From Patescibacteria group bacterium (GTDB lineage: Bacteria > Patescibacteriota > Microgenomatia > UBA12405), in the NCBI GenBank assembly GCA_018902845.1, contig JAHIPV010000012.1, forward strand, positions 1 to 60,925: a stretch of DNA of 60,925 nt, in the 5' to 3' direction. Under the pieces are notes generated by a model. It was not told where the DNA came from. It did not search any database and saw only the letters and a list, made by a program, of their open reading frames with translations. The position numbers and the translations under genes are program-made. Within the stretch, counting starts at the first letter, position 1. Every line of letters begins with the position of its first letter. Shown one piece after another: positions 10,449 through 19,588 of the stretch.

Positions 10449-10505
10449 AATCATAAAATTGCCAAAAGCTAGATTATTCCCTTCTTTTTTTATACAATAC
10501 AACAC

Positions 10506-11591
10506 ATGAACACCGTTCTCGATTTCCAAAAGATCAAAGAAAAATTATTTCGCCTAGCCAAAAAAAATAACTATCTGACCAACGATGAAATCCTGGAACT
10601 GATTTTAGAACCATACAAATATATTAACGAAATAGACGATATTTTTGATTCGCTTTTTGATAAGGGTATCAATGTTTTCGACAAAATTGCCGAAGAGAAA
10701 GATATGTCTTCCGATTTAGAAGGTCCTCGTAGCATCAATTTAGCCACTCTTGTCAATCCAAAGGCCGGAGTTGATTCCGTTCGTATGTATCTTAAGGAAA
10801 TTGGCAAAATCGACCTTTTGACTTTTAAAGAAGAAATAGAATTAGCCCAAGCTATCGAAAGAGGCTCAGAAGCCGCCAGAGAATGGCTTACCAGCGCCAA
10901 TCTTAGGCTAGTTGTTTCTATTGCCAAAAAATATATCGGTAGAGGCCTAAGCTTTCTTGATCTTGTACAGGAGGGGAATCAAGGTCTTATGCGGGCTGTA
11001 GAAAAATTTGACTGGCGCCGTGGTTTTAAATTTTCCACTTATGCGACTTGGTGGATTCGTCAAGCTATCACCCGTGCTATAGCCGATCAAGCCAAAACCA
11101 TTCGTATTCCTGTTCACATGGTTGAAACTATCAACAAAGTTTACAAAGCCACCAGAGCATTAACCCAAAAACTTGGCAAAGAACCGACTATTGAGCAAAT
11201 AGCCGAAGAAGTTGGTGTGACAGTAGAAAAGGTAGAAGAAATTTACAGAATATCTCAAGACACTACCTCGTTATCTACTCCAGTAGGGGACGACGAGGAT
11301 TCTTTTCTGGGTGATTTTATCGAAGATACTACTCAGGCATCTCCATACGAAGAAGCCTCAAGAGATTTATTAAGAGAATCGGTAGAAGACGTATTGGATT
11401 CTTTAGATGAAAGAGAAGCAAAAGTATTAGGATACAGATTTGGTCTTTTTGGAGAAACCCCTAAAACTTTAGAAGAAGTTGGCAGGGTTTTTAATGTTAC
11501 CCGCGAACGCATTCGTCAGATAGAAGCCAAAGCATTACGCAAACTCCGCCACCCCTCCCGTCGCAAAAAACTCCAAGACTATCTAAACTAA
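10506..11591 (+). CDS. rpoD: RNA polymerase primary sigma factor
   Basis: [55 protein letters not shown]; follows dnaG. Confidence 0.97.
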   Translation: MNTVLDFQKIKEKLFRLAKKNNYLTNDEILELILEPYKYINEIDDIFDSLFDKGINVFDKIAEEKDMSSDLEGPRSINLATLVNPKAGVDSVRMYLKEIGKIDLLTFKEEIELAQAIERGSEAAREWLTSANLRLVVSIAKKYIGRGLSFLDLVQEGNQGLMRAVEKFDWRRGFKFSTYATWWIRQAITRAIADQAKTIRIPVHMVETINKVYKATRALTQKLGKEPTIEQIAEEVGVTVEKVEEIYRISQDTTSLSTPVGDDEDSFLGDFIEDTTQASPYEEASRDLLRESVEDVLDSLDEREAKVLGYRFGLFGETPKTLEEVGRVFNVTRERIRQIEAKALRKLRHPSRRKKLQDYLN

Positions 11592-11602
11592 AGGGAAAAC
11601 CC

Positions 11603-11900
11603 TTGTCATTGCGAGGACTCCGATTAATCGGAGGACGTGGCAACCTGTCCGCCTCTGGAGGATCCCGTGGGAGTTTAAACTCTTTTTTCTGGATTATTTC
11701 CAAAAACTAAACTATAATCAAGCACGCCTTTGCACCTTAAACTCTTAATTTTTTATTTTCAACTCTCATTGAAAATTGGAATTTGAAAATTCTTTAGTCC
11801 GCCTTTGGTGGAGAAAATTAGCCAAGCTTCAACTCTCATTGAAAATTGAAAATTGCGTAGCAAAGCGAAGTCCGCCTTTGGCGGAAAAATTAGAAATTAA
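11603..11900. repeat. Cluster of palindromic repeats and a 21-bp direct repeat
   Basis: TGTCATTGCGAG..CTCCGATTAATCGGAG..CGTGGCAACC; TCCGCC-hairpins at about 11648, 11798 and 11871; TTCAACTCTCATTGAAAATTG at 11758 and 11828. Confidence 0.65.
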
Positions 11901-11905
11901 TATAA

Positions 11906-11977
11906 TCCCCTGTAGCTCAATGGTAGAGCATTCGACTGTTAATCGAAGGGTTCGTGGTTCGAGTCCACGCGGGGGAG
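11906..11977 (+). tRNA. tRNA-Asn(GTT), integration target
   Basis: TCCCCTGTAGCTCAATGGTAGAGCATTCGACTGTTAATCGAAGGGTTCGTGGTTCGAGTCCACGCGGGGGAG, a canonical cloverleaf. Confidence 0.97.
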
Positions 11978-13525
11978 CCTAGTCGTACTTAATATAACAG
12001 TATTGGCCTGTTGAAGCACATCAATAATCGGTTGGAATTTAATTTCAGCTATTTTTTTGTCTTTTATCAAAAACTCCTTAAAGAAAAAATGGAGATATGC
12101 CTTCTTAAGGTAAATATCTGCCTCTTTGTAGGCTTTTGCAATGTCTTGAGTAATAGCCATAACTTCTTCAATAAGATTTATGTCAACCGTTCTCACTTTG
12201 TCAATTTCCAATAGTTCTGTCTGAATATCTAGGAGGTCAGAATCTATTTTGGTAATAAGTCGTTTGTAGGTATCTCTATCAAACGTTCCTTCAAGCAATT
12301 CTTCCTCCAGTTTATCTCTCTTTAATTCAATTGCCACCTTTCGGTTGTTGATGGCCTTTTTAGATGCTTGAACTCTTTCTGTTGTATTGCTGTATACCTG
12401 ACTGATATTTCTTTTTACCGCTTCAATAAATTCGGGTTTAAATTGCAGTTTTTCTATTTCCTGTTCAACTTGTCCTTCTAGGTTCTCTAACAAGACATAT
12501 TTCTCCTTACAGCCTGTCCCACGTTTACCAAGACCTGAGCAATGATAATACCCTATCTTTCCACCTCGTGATTTAAACCTAGGGCCGTAATGCCATTCAG
12601 CTACAAACCTTCTGCCACAATTCTGACAAAACACGAAACCGTTTAATAAGAAATTATGCTTTCTTTTTCGGATACCGTAATCACCTTTACCTGCCAAGAT
12701 GTTTTGTACAATATCGAATATCGGTTTAGTAATTAATGGCTTATGTTTACCCATAACTTCTAGCCCTTTCCAACGCATTAGGCCGTAACAAAACGGATTA
12801 GTCAGAATCTTATAAACAGCCGAATAGTGAAGTTTTTTACCCAATCTGCCCTCAACCCCATTTTTTGTTAGAAATTGTGTAATTGAATAAATACTGTGGT
12901 CCCCAGTCGCATACATCATATAGGCTTGAGTAATAAATGGGGCTGTCTTTTCATCTTGGACTACTATCCTTTGGTCATAGCTTCCTGTCGGATTAGGATT
13001 AATGATATTTTTAAAACCCAATGTTGCAAATGCGGGCCAGATACCACTTTTAAGCTTTTCTCTAGCAGTTTGTTTTACTTTATAAGAAGTGAGTTTTGGT
13101 TGGATAGAATTTACCACTGCCAATAACTCGTCAATAGCTTCAGAAAAAGGATTGTTTTCATCAACCACCATTCCTGTTAGGGGAATGGTTTTAACCCCAT
13201 ACTTTTCTAGCTGTTTTTTTATAAACAAATATTCGAATGTATTTCTGGAGATACGGGAAGAATCCTGGACAACTAAATAGGATATATCGCCTTTGGAGCA
13301 ACGTACTAGCATCTCTTGAAGGGCAGGGCGGTTCATACTTGTACCACTTATTCCATTTTCCATATAAATATCTTCCGCTAGTTCACCACCTATTTCCTGT
13401 ATCTTTTCGAGAATTTTTGTTTTTTGAACATCGAGAGAAAGACCATTCTCCGCCTGGGAAATCGTACTTACCCTGTCGTACCCCAGGCACAAAGGAATAC
13501 TATTTTTTTCATTCTCTATTTTCAT
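11939..13525 (-). CDS. Large serine recombinase (integrase 1)
   Basis: YDRVST catalytic Ser, SRISRN, recombinase domain, CxxC..C zinc ribbon and coiled coil. The last codons are antisense to the tRNA. Confidence 0.95.
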   Translation of the reverse strand: MKIENEKNSIPLCLGYDRVSTISQAENGLSLDVQKTKILEKIQEIGGELAEDIYMENGISGTSMNRPALQEMLVRCSKGDISYLVVQDSSRISRNTFEYLFIKKQLEKYGVKTIPLTGMVVDENNPFSEAIDELLAVVNSIQPKLTSYKVKQTAREKLKSGIWPAFATLGFKNIINPNPTGSYDQRIVVQDEKTAPFITQAYMMYATGDHSIYSITQFLTKNGVEGRLGKKLHYSAVYKILTNPFCYGLMRWKGLEVMGKHKPLITKPIFDIVQNILAGKGDYGIRKRKHNFLLNGFVFCQNCGRRFVAEWHYGPRFKSRGGKIGYYHCSGLGKRGTGCKEKYVLLENLEGQVEQEIEKLQFKPEFIEAVKRNISQVYSNTTERVQASKKAINNRKVAIELKRDKLEEELLEGTFDRDTYKRLITKIDSDLLDIQTELLEIDKVRTVDINLIEEVMAITQDIAKAYKEADIYLKKAYLHFFFKEFLIKDKKIAEIKFQPIIDVLQQANTVILSTTRLPRVDSNHEPFD

Positions 13526-13527
13526 AA

Positions 13528-13722
13528 TTATCTACTATTTAATAACCCTATAACATTATTATAAGAACTATCTTTGTGGGAAACGACTGGTGCATTCTTT
13601 ATTTGTTTCAGTACCATTTCAACCCATAATTTAGCCATCTCATTTATATCAACCTCACCTCCAATAGGGGGGTGGGTAGGATTGCATTGTTCTTTGATTG
13701 ATATTGATTGGCTGGTTGTCAT
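13528..13722 (-). CDS. Small protein directly upstream of integrase (candidate directionality factor)
   Basis: 64-aa ORF ending 2 nt before the integrase start; the function is inferred from position only. Confidence 0.45.
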   Translation of the reverse strand: MTTSQSISIKEQCNPTHPPIGGEVDINEMAKLWVEMVLKQIKNAPVVSHKDSSYNNVIGLLNSR

Positions 13723-13728
13723 AGTCGT

Positions 13729-13917
13729 TCAGTGGGAAAAACATATCTCCCCATATAATTTCAAGAGGGCGGACGTGACCTCTAATAGGTCATCACTTAC
13801 GAAATTAATAAGACTCTTTTGACTTAGCTTTAAAAGTGCCCTTTTAACTCTTCTAAAAATAGAATGTCCTATTACTTGAGAAGTTATATTTTTAATAGTC
13901 ATTTCAATGTTTTTCAT
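13729..13917 (-). CDS. Small hypothetical protein
   Basis: Overlaps the stop of the upstream HTH gene; co-oriented. Confidence 0.35.
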   Translation of the reverse strand: MKNIEMTIKNITSQVIGHSIFRRVKRALLKLSQKSLINFVSDDLLEVTSALLKLYGEICFSH

Positions 13918-14407
13918 ATTCGTTTAACTTGGGTTTAATTACGACAGTGGTATGTTCTTTAAGTCCCATTTCTTCAAGTTTTCTTCGACACTTTTCCAGA
14001 CCTTTTAAGCTTCTTTTACCTTTTCCTTTTAGATAAGTATTAATAGATGGAACTACAGTTTCGTTATGGATAGGAACTTTCTTTCCTGACTGAGGGGGAC
14101 TTGAGGTTTGTGATGGTACGGAAATAAGCTTCCTGTCGGTATCAAGAAGTTTTTGAACATGATAGGTGTTGCTTCTATTCCATCCACTCCTTTTCCTTGA
14201 TACCAGCCCAGCCCCTATAAGCTCGTTCAATAACGTTCTTATGTGCTTATCGGTGTAGCCAAGAATTTTTCCTAAAGTGATTTGGCTAGGGAAACAATAT
14301 TCATCTTTACCACAATATTTCAACAGGACACAGTAGAGAAATCGAGCCGGGACAGGCAACTGCGATTGTCCAAATATTTGGTTAGGAATAATTGTAAAGT
14401 TTTTCAT
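13904..14407 (-). CDS. Phage/ICE-type replication initiator-like winged-HTH protein
   Basis: FTIIPN, ARFLYCVL, CFPSQITLG..LNELIGAGLV..SNTY (HTH_36-like), followed by a repetitive linker. Confidence 0.75.
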   Translation of the reverse strand: MKNFTIIPNQIFGQSQLPVPARFLYCVLLKYCGKDEYCFPSQITLGKILGYTDKHIRTLLNELIGAGLVSRKRSGWNRSNTYHVQKLLDTDRKLISVPSQTSSPPQSGKKVPIHNETVVPSINTYLKGKGKRSLKGLEKCRRKLEEMGLKEHTTVVIKPKLNEYEKH

Positions 14408-14525
14408 GCTTCTAAAGAAAATGTTTATTACTGACTACATTCTCTCTAGAAACAAACAGGCAAAATATACCAATTGAAAGACTTGTTTATGGGATATGCA
14501 ATATAGAAGCCTCTAGGTTGCAGGG

Positions 14526-15329
14526 TTACAAAGCCAGCCGTTTTTCGTAAGTCTTGACTGCCTTGAGTATATCAAGATAGGTTGTAGTTTCGTTTTCAAA
14601 TTTTTCTACCCACTCATCAGCTATTACTTGATATGTTTTTCCTTTTATTCTTTCCCAATACCATTCTCTATATTTTCTGATATTCGGAGCAATATCTACT
14701 CGTGGCCGATAATAAGAGAGCCTTTTATCAGTGCTGTATAAATCATTTATTTTGCGTAGAGCATCTTTGACATTCTCGTAGGTACTGGTTGGAGATATAA
14801 AAATAGCCGCTTGAGGTAACTTAAAATAACTTGCGGTTACGTAGGCATTGCTACTCTCTATAATTTCTGTCGATGTTGGGTGAAATGATTCATCCACTGC
14901 CATTCCGCAGTAAATTGCCTGTCTTATTGCTTCACCAAAATATGGGGGACGGTTAAACCGAATACAAACAAGGTCGATTTCAGTGGCAACCAACCGGTAC
15001 ATGTCCATTTCTTTCTCTATCCCGCCGGAACCAAAGAATGATTCGTTTTTTTCAATAAATTCTTTAATTTCTTCTACCTCTTTATATTTTGAAAGGTTAA
15101 TTTTCTTTTTCTCTTTACTGTTAAATGGTTTATCATAGGCTTCGTCTATAAATTCTTCAGGACCGACAATTTCTCTTATTCCTAAGTCATTTCTTAAAAT
15201 AGGAAGCAAATCGAGAAACTCTGGTTTGTCAAAAAGCAAGCAAAGTTCCTGAAAAGAGGTGTCACTTTTAGCCCCAATTTCAATTTTTAAATCCAAAAGA
15301 TAAACCTTATCATTTTTTTTAATTCTCAT
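14526..15329 (-). CDS. Hypothetical regulator with C-terminal HTH; homolog of 38424-39104
   Basis: REWYWERIKGKTYQVIA..ILKAVKTY matches RKWYWKVRKGMTYRQIA..IVKAVKAY. Confidence 0.7.
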   Translation of the reverse strand: MRIKKNDKVYLLDLKIEIGAKSDTSFQELCLLFDKPEFLDLLPILRNDLGIREIVGPEEFIDEAYDKPFNSKEKKKINLSKYKEVEEIKEFIEKNESFFGSGGIEKEMDMYRLVATEIDLVCIRFNRPPYFGEAIRQAIYCGMAVDESFHPTSTEIIESSNAYVTASYFKLPQAAIFISPTSTYENVKDALRKINDLYSTDKRLSYYRPRVDIAPNIRKYREWYWERIKGKTYQVIADEWVEKFENETTTYLDILKAVKTYEKRLAL

Positions 15330-15434
15330 AATTCTCTTTTACTATCAGTTTACCAAAAAAGAACCGTCAGTTATGACGACTCCTATTGATTGAGAATATC
15401 TATTTATTACGAAACTTTTTCTTCAACGAATTAG

Positions 15435-16319
15435 TTAATCTTTTACATTAACAACCGACCCCCCTAGCCAAGAAGAACCACCAACATTATTCCCATTCAA
15501 ATCAACAAGTTCCATGCGACACTTATCTTTCTCATCTTCTAAAAAATAACTCTGAGACCATAATGACCAGAGATTTTGAGTTGCTTGCAGTCTTACTTGT
15601 TTAAGCTGAGAATGCCACGTGTTTCTGACTTTTACGACAATAGAACACTCATTTGTACTAGCGTATTTATAACTGATTGACTCTATAAATTGATTCATTC
15701 CTGTATCGTCTAATTTTTTTATGTAGTCTTGAAGGATTTTTTTCCTGTTTTCAATAAGATTTTTCACTTGTCTTTCCTCGTTCTCTTGAGCAATTTTGCT
15801 ATTTCTTTGTTCCTGATATTCGGTGTTGGATAGCACTAAAACATAAATAGCTTTAAGTTTTGGGATAGAGATACTGTATTTTTTAGCAACCTCAGTATTT
15901 ACAGCTTTCTCATCGGTAGATTTGCCGGGTAGGGTATTATCAATGGCTTCGTCCAACTTTGTCTCATATGTTTCATAAATTTCTATCTCTTTTGTTGTAG
16001 GTCTTGCTTTCGTTACTTTATCAACTATTTGCTCGGCTTGTTCAGTTGATATTTGGAATTGTTCAGCAGTTAAAGAAATGGCGTTTTTGTGTAAATTTTT
16101 GTCTATGATTTGTGCTACATTCAATACCTGTCGGTAATTTTCATCATATTTATAAAAAATCTCTCTTTCGTTTTCTGTAACAGCAATTACTGGTTGTACT
16201 GTGGTGGTTGGAATTGGAACAGCAGAGTCGACACTTTTATCGGTTGTTTTGCTTGCTTTTGAACCAACAAAACCTATAAAAATAATTATTCCAATTACTA
16301 TCAAGAATACCTTTTTCAT
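15435..16319 (-). CDS. Membrane-anchored/secreted hypothetical protein
   Basis: Likely ATG at 16319 (MKKVFLIVIGIIIFIGFVG), then a Thr/Pro-rich linker. Confidence 0.7.
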   Translation of the reverse strand: MKKVFLIVIGIIIFIGFVGSKASKTTDKSVDSAVPIPTTTVQPVIAVTENEREIFYKYDENYRQVLNVAQIIDKNLHKNAISLTAEQFQISTEQAEQIVDKVTKARPTTKEIEIYETYETKLDEAIDNTLPGKSTDEKAVNTEVAKKYSISIPKLKAIYVLVLSNTEYQEQRNSKIAQENEERQVKNLIENRKKILQDYIKKLDDTGMNQFIESISYKYASTNECSIVVKVRNTWHSQLKQVRLQATQNLWSLWSQSYFLEDEKDKCRMELVDLNGNNVGGSSWLGGSVVNVKD

Positions 16320-16436
16320 AATTCTCCTTAAATATATCTTAGTATTTCTTAGAGAAGAAAACAAGGGATATTTGAGGCTAAATCTATAATTGTGGTTTAT
16401 TAAAATTTCAGTATGGATATACCACAATGTCATGGT

Positions 16437-16658
16437 ATGCCAAAAACTAGTCAACAGACACTACAAGCATTAGGAAAAAAACTTAAAAAACTGAGAAAAG
16501 AACGTGATTTAACACAAGAAGAATTAGCTGAACAACTAAGGATTTCTACGGTTTATGTGGGGTTTCTTGAAGCAGGAAAGGGAAGTCCTTCCCTAAAGCT
16601 TCTGATGAAAATATCTCGTAAGTTTAAGGTAAAGGTAGAAGATTTGTTTCATAGGTAA
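16437..16658 (+). CDS. XRE-family HTH regulator (C-protein-like position before the R-M genes)
   Basis: LGKKLKKLRKERDLTQEELAE..VGFLEAG..PSL. Confidence 0.9.
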   Translation: MPKTSQQTLQALGKKLKKLRKERDLTQEELAEQLRISTVYVGFLEAGKGSPSLKLLMKISRKFKVKVEDLFHR

Positions 16659-16761
16659 AGTATGATTTCTAGGGCTATTTATTGGTGAATGTACGGGGTA
16701 AATCGTGTCAAAAAGTGCTAGAATAAGACTGTTTAGGTAGTAGAAAATTTAGAAACATTTC

Positions 16762-19029
16762 ATGAAATTAACAGATAACGAAAAACGTGACGTAATTAAG
16801 TATTTAGAAGCGAGTAAGCCACTTCCTGAAAAATATCGTTTTCTCTTATTTGATGGTGACCGAGAGGTTGAGCTTTTGTGGAATGGAAAGACTAATGAGG
16901 TCACAAATGTGGTTTTACCTTTTCAAGTAATTGAGCAAATCGATGAACCGAGAAGTGACGCCAAATTTGGTATGCAGGAGACACTTTTTGATACTTCTGG
17001 TAGACAGTTAACAGGTTGGACAAATAAACTTATTTGGGGTGACAACAAACTTATTCTTTCTTCATTAAAAAATGGTCCACTTCGAAAAGAAATTGAAGCA
17101 CAAGGTGGACTAAAACTTGTCTATATTGACCCTCCATTTGATGTTGGCGCAGATTTTTCAATGGATATTGAAATAGGCGAAGAAAGTTTTACAAAGAAAC
17201 CATCTGTTATTGAAGAAATTGCTTATCGTGATACCTGGGGTAAGGGAGCAGATAGTTTTATCGCCATGATTTATGAAAGATTGAAATTAACATACGGACT
17301 TCTAGCAGAAGATGGAAGTATTTATGTACATTGCGACGAAAGAGTTTCCTCCTACACTAAATTAGTATTGGATGAAATCTTCGGAAGTAAAAATTTTCAG
17401 AACGAAATAATCTACAGAAATACAGACCCCAAAAATAATACTACAAAAAAATATAGTCGTATTCATCAAACGATTTTCTTTTATACAAAAAGTAACAATT
17501 ACTTTCTGAATAACAAAGGTATCTCAAGTGATTCAGCAATTAACGAATACTCATATTTAATGTGTACTGACGGAACTGTAAGGTCAGCAAGTGAATTTAA
17601 TGGCAATAATGGTAGATTATTTAAACTAGAAAATACAACTGCTCCTAAATACACACCATCTAGAAAATTTGAGTGGTACGGATATACACCAAAGAATGGG
17701 TGGCGCTACAACAAAGAGAAAATGGATGATTTATTTAAGGAAGGGAAAATATTGTTAAAAAACAACAAAGCGAGTTCAAGGTGTCATGTTAAATTTTTAG
17801 ATACTGTTTCAGGTTCGGTGAAATCTTCTCTTTGGACTCAAGAAGGAAATGTAAAAGGTGGAACGATATATCCAACACAAAAACCTGAAGAGTTGTTGGA
17901 GCAGATAATTAGTGCTTCTTCGAACGAAGGAGATATCGTGGCAGATTTTTTCTGTGGGTCGGGAACTACTTTGGCCGTTGCAGAAAAACTTGGCAGAAAA
18001 TGGATTGGGTCTGATTTGGGTAAGTTTGGTATACACACTTCACGAAAAAGACTAATTGGTGTCCAAAGAGAACTTAAAAAGGCAGGTAAAAACTTTCGGG
18101 CATTTGAAATATTAAATGTTGGAAGATATGAGAGAGAAAATTATTTAACAGTAAACGGTGATTTACGTGCCGAAGAAAGAGCTAAGCAAGCGGAAAGAAA
18201 AGAAAAAGAATTTGTCAATCTTATTATTTCCGCTTATAAAGCCGAACCAGTAGAAGGTTTTATAAATATTTCAGGTAAAAAACGAGATAGGTTAGTTGGA
18301 GTTGGTCCAATAAGTACCCCTGTATCTTCAAAGCTTATCCAAGATATTGTAAATGAGTGTAAAGACAAGAAGCTCACAAAGGTTGATGTGCTTGGTTTTG
18401 ACTATGAAATGGGCATGGACTTACAGGAATATAAAGACCAGGGGATTGATATTGCCTTCCGTATGATTCCAAGAGAAGTGTTTGACAAAAATGCTGTCGA
18501 AAAAGGTCAAGTTAGGTTTTATGACGTGGCTTATATAGAAGCAAAACCAATTGTAAAAGGAAAGGTAAATAACAAAGAGCTATCCATTGAGTTAACAGAT
18601 TTTTCAGTCTTTTATAACCAAGATGCTACCGAAGAAACATCAGAATCACTTCGACCAGGTGGAACTAAAGTTGTTGTTGAAAATGGACAGGTAGTTAAAC
18701 TTTCCAAAGATAAAGTTTCCGAACTAGTATCAAGAGAGATATTAACCAAAAAATGGAGTGATTGGATTGATTACTGGGCGGTAGATTATAATTTTGCCGA
18801 CAGAAAGGAAATTATTAGTGAAACCGATAAGGATGGAAATGTTGTTGAACGGTGGACAGGTGATTATGTCTTTGATAATGAATGGCAAAGTTTCAGAACC
18901 AAGAAAAATAGAAATCTTGAGTTAGTATCGGCTCCAAAGATAGTTATAAAAGGAATTTATAAAGTTGCCGTCAAAATTGTAGATATTTTTGGCAATGACA
19001 CAACCAGAGTTATCGAGGTAAATATATGA
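16762..19029 (+). CDS. mod: Type III R-M methyltransferase (Mod)
   Basis: YIDPPF, YPTQKPE and DFFCGSGTT in beta-class order; lies upstream of Res. Confidence 0.9.
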   Translation: MKLTDNEKRDVIKYLEASKPLPEKYRFLLFDGDREVELLWNGKTNEVTNVVLPFQVIEQIDEPRSDAKFGMQETLFDTSGRQLTGWTNKLIWGDNKLILSSLKNGPLRKEIEAQGGLKLVYIDPPFDVGADFSMDIEIGEESFTKKPSVIEEIAYRDTWGKGADSFIAMIYERLKLTYGLLAEDGSIYVHCDERVSSYTKLVLDEIFGSKNFQNEIIYRNTDPKNNTTKKYSRIHQTIFFYTKSNNYFLNNKGISSDSAINEYSYLMCTDGTVRSASEFNGNNGRLFKLENTTAPKYTPSRKFEWYGYTPKNGWRYNKEKMDDLFKEGKILLKNNKASSRCHVKFLDTVSGSVKSSLWTQEGNVKGGTIYPTQKPEELLEQIISASSNEGDIVADFFCGSGTTLAVAEKLGRKWIGSDLGKFGIHTSRKRLIGVQRELKKAGKNFRAFEILNVGRYERENYLTVNGDLRAEERAKQAERKEKEFVNLIISAYKAEPVEGFINISGKKRDRLVGVGPISTPVSSKLIQDIVNECKDKKLTKVDVLGFDYEMGMDLQEYKDQGIDIAFRMIPREVFDKNAVEKGQVRFYDVAYIEAKPIVKGKVNNKELSIELTDFSVFYNQDATEETSESLRPGGTKVVVENGQVVKLSKDKVSELVSREILTKKWSDWIDYWAVDYNFADRKEIISETDKDGNVVERWTGDYVFDNEWQSFRTKKNRNLELVSAPKIVIKGIYKVAVKIVDIFGNDTTRVIEVNI

Positions 19030-19586
19030 ACTCTAAAAATAAAAAAAAGGTTCTACTCACAAAACCATTTGTACACGAAAATCTAGAATTTAAAAATGCT
19101 CTTCTTGAATATGCAAGACAATTAAAAAAGAATCCTAAAGATAATTTTGAATCCCAATTAATATCCGCAGTCTTGTATGCACAATTAGCAGAATACATGG
19201 CAAGTTTTCTTTTAGAAAGTTTAAGGCACTTAGTTTATGATATTACTTATTCTTTTAGTCAAGCCTTTGCTTTTATTGACACTCGAAACAGAGTTGGTGT
19301 TTCACTAGATAGAATAATTGAAGGGCTAAAGGAATTTTCTTTTTCAGATAAGCCAGACATATTAAGTCTATTAATTGAAGTAAAAGATGCAAGAAATGAC
19401 TTATTTCATAATTTAGTATCCAAATCTCAAGAAGACTTAAAAGAAATTGGAGAAGATATCATTACGATACAGGAAAAAACGGAAGTTATTATCCAAAAAT
19501 TGAATGTTGTTATACCAGGACTACAAAATGTATTCTATCCTGCTAACTTAAACAACAATCAACCCGAAGCAGATAAAACAAAATAA
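19026..19586 (+). CDS. HEPN-like protein inserted between mod and res
   Basis: Helical protein with RNDLFH (RxxxxH); its start overlaps the mod stop (ATGA). Confidence 0.6.
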   Translation: MNSKNKKKVLLTKPFVHENLEFKNALLEYARQLKKNPKDNFESQLISAVLYAQLAEYMASFLLESLRHLVYDITYSFSQAFAFIDTRNRVGVSLDRIIEGLKEFSFSDKPDILSLLIEVKDARNDLFHNLVSKSQEDLKEIGEDIITIQEKTEVIIQKLNVVIPGLQNVFYPANLNNNQPEADKTK

Positions 19587-19588
19587 AT

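Noticed and set aside
11755-11900. Direct repeats that might be a mini-CRISPR
   Set aside because: There are only two copies, the intervening sequences are themselves palindromic repeats, and no cas genes are present.
11776-11982. 68-aa ORF from the track
   Set aside because: It runs through repeats and the tRNA-Asn gene, so it is spurious.
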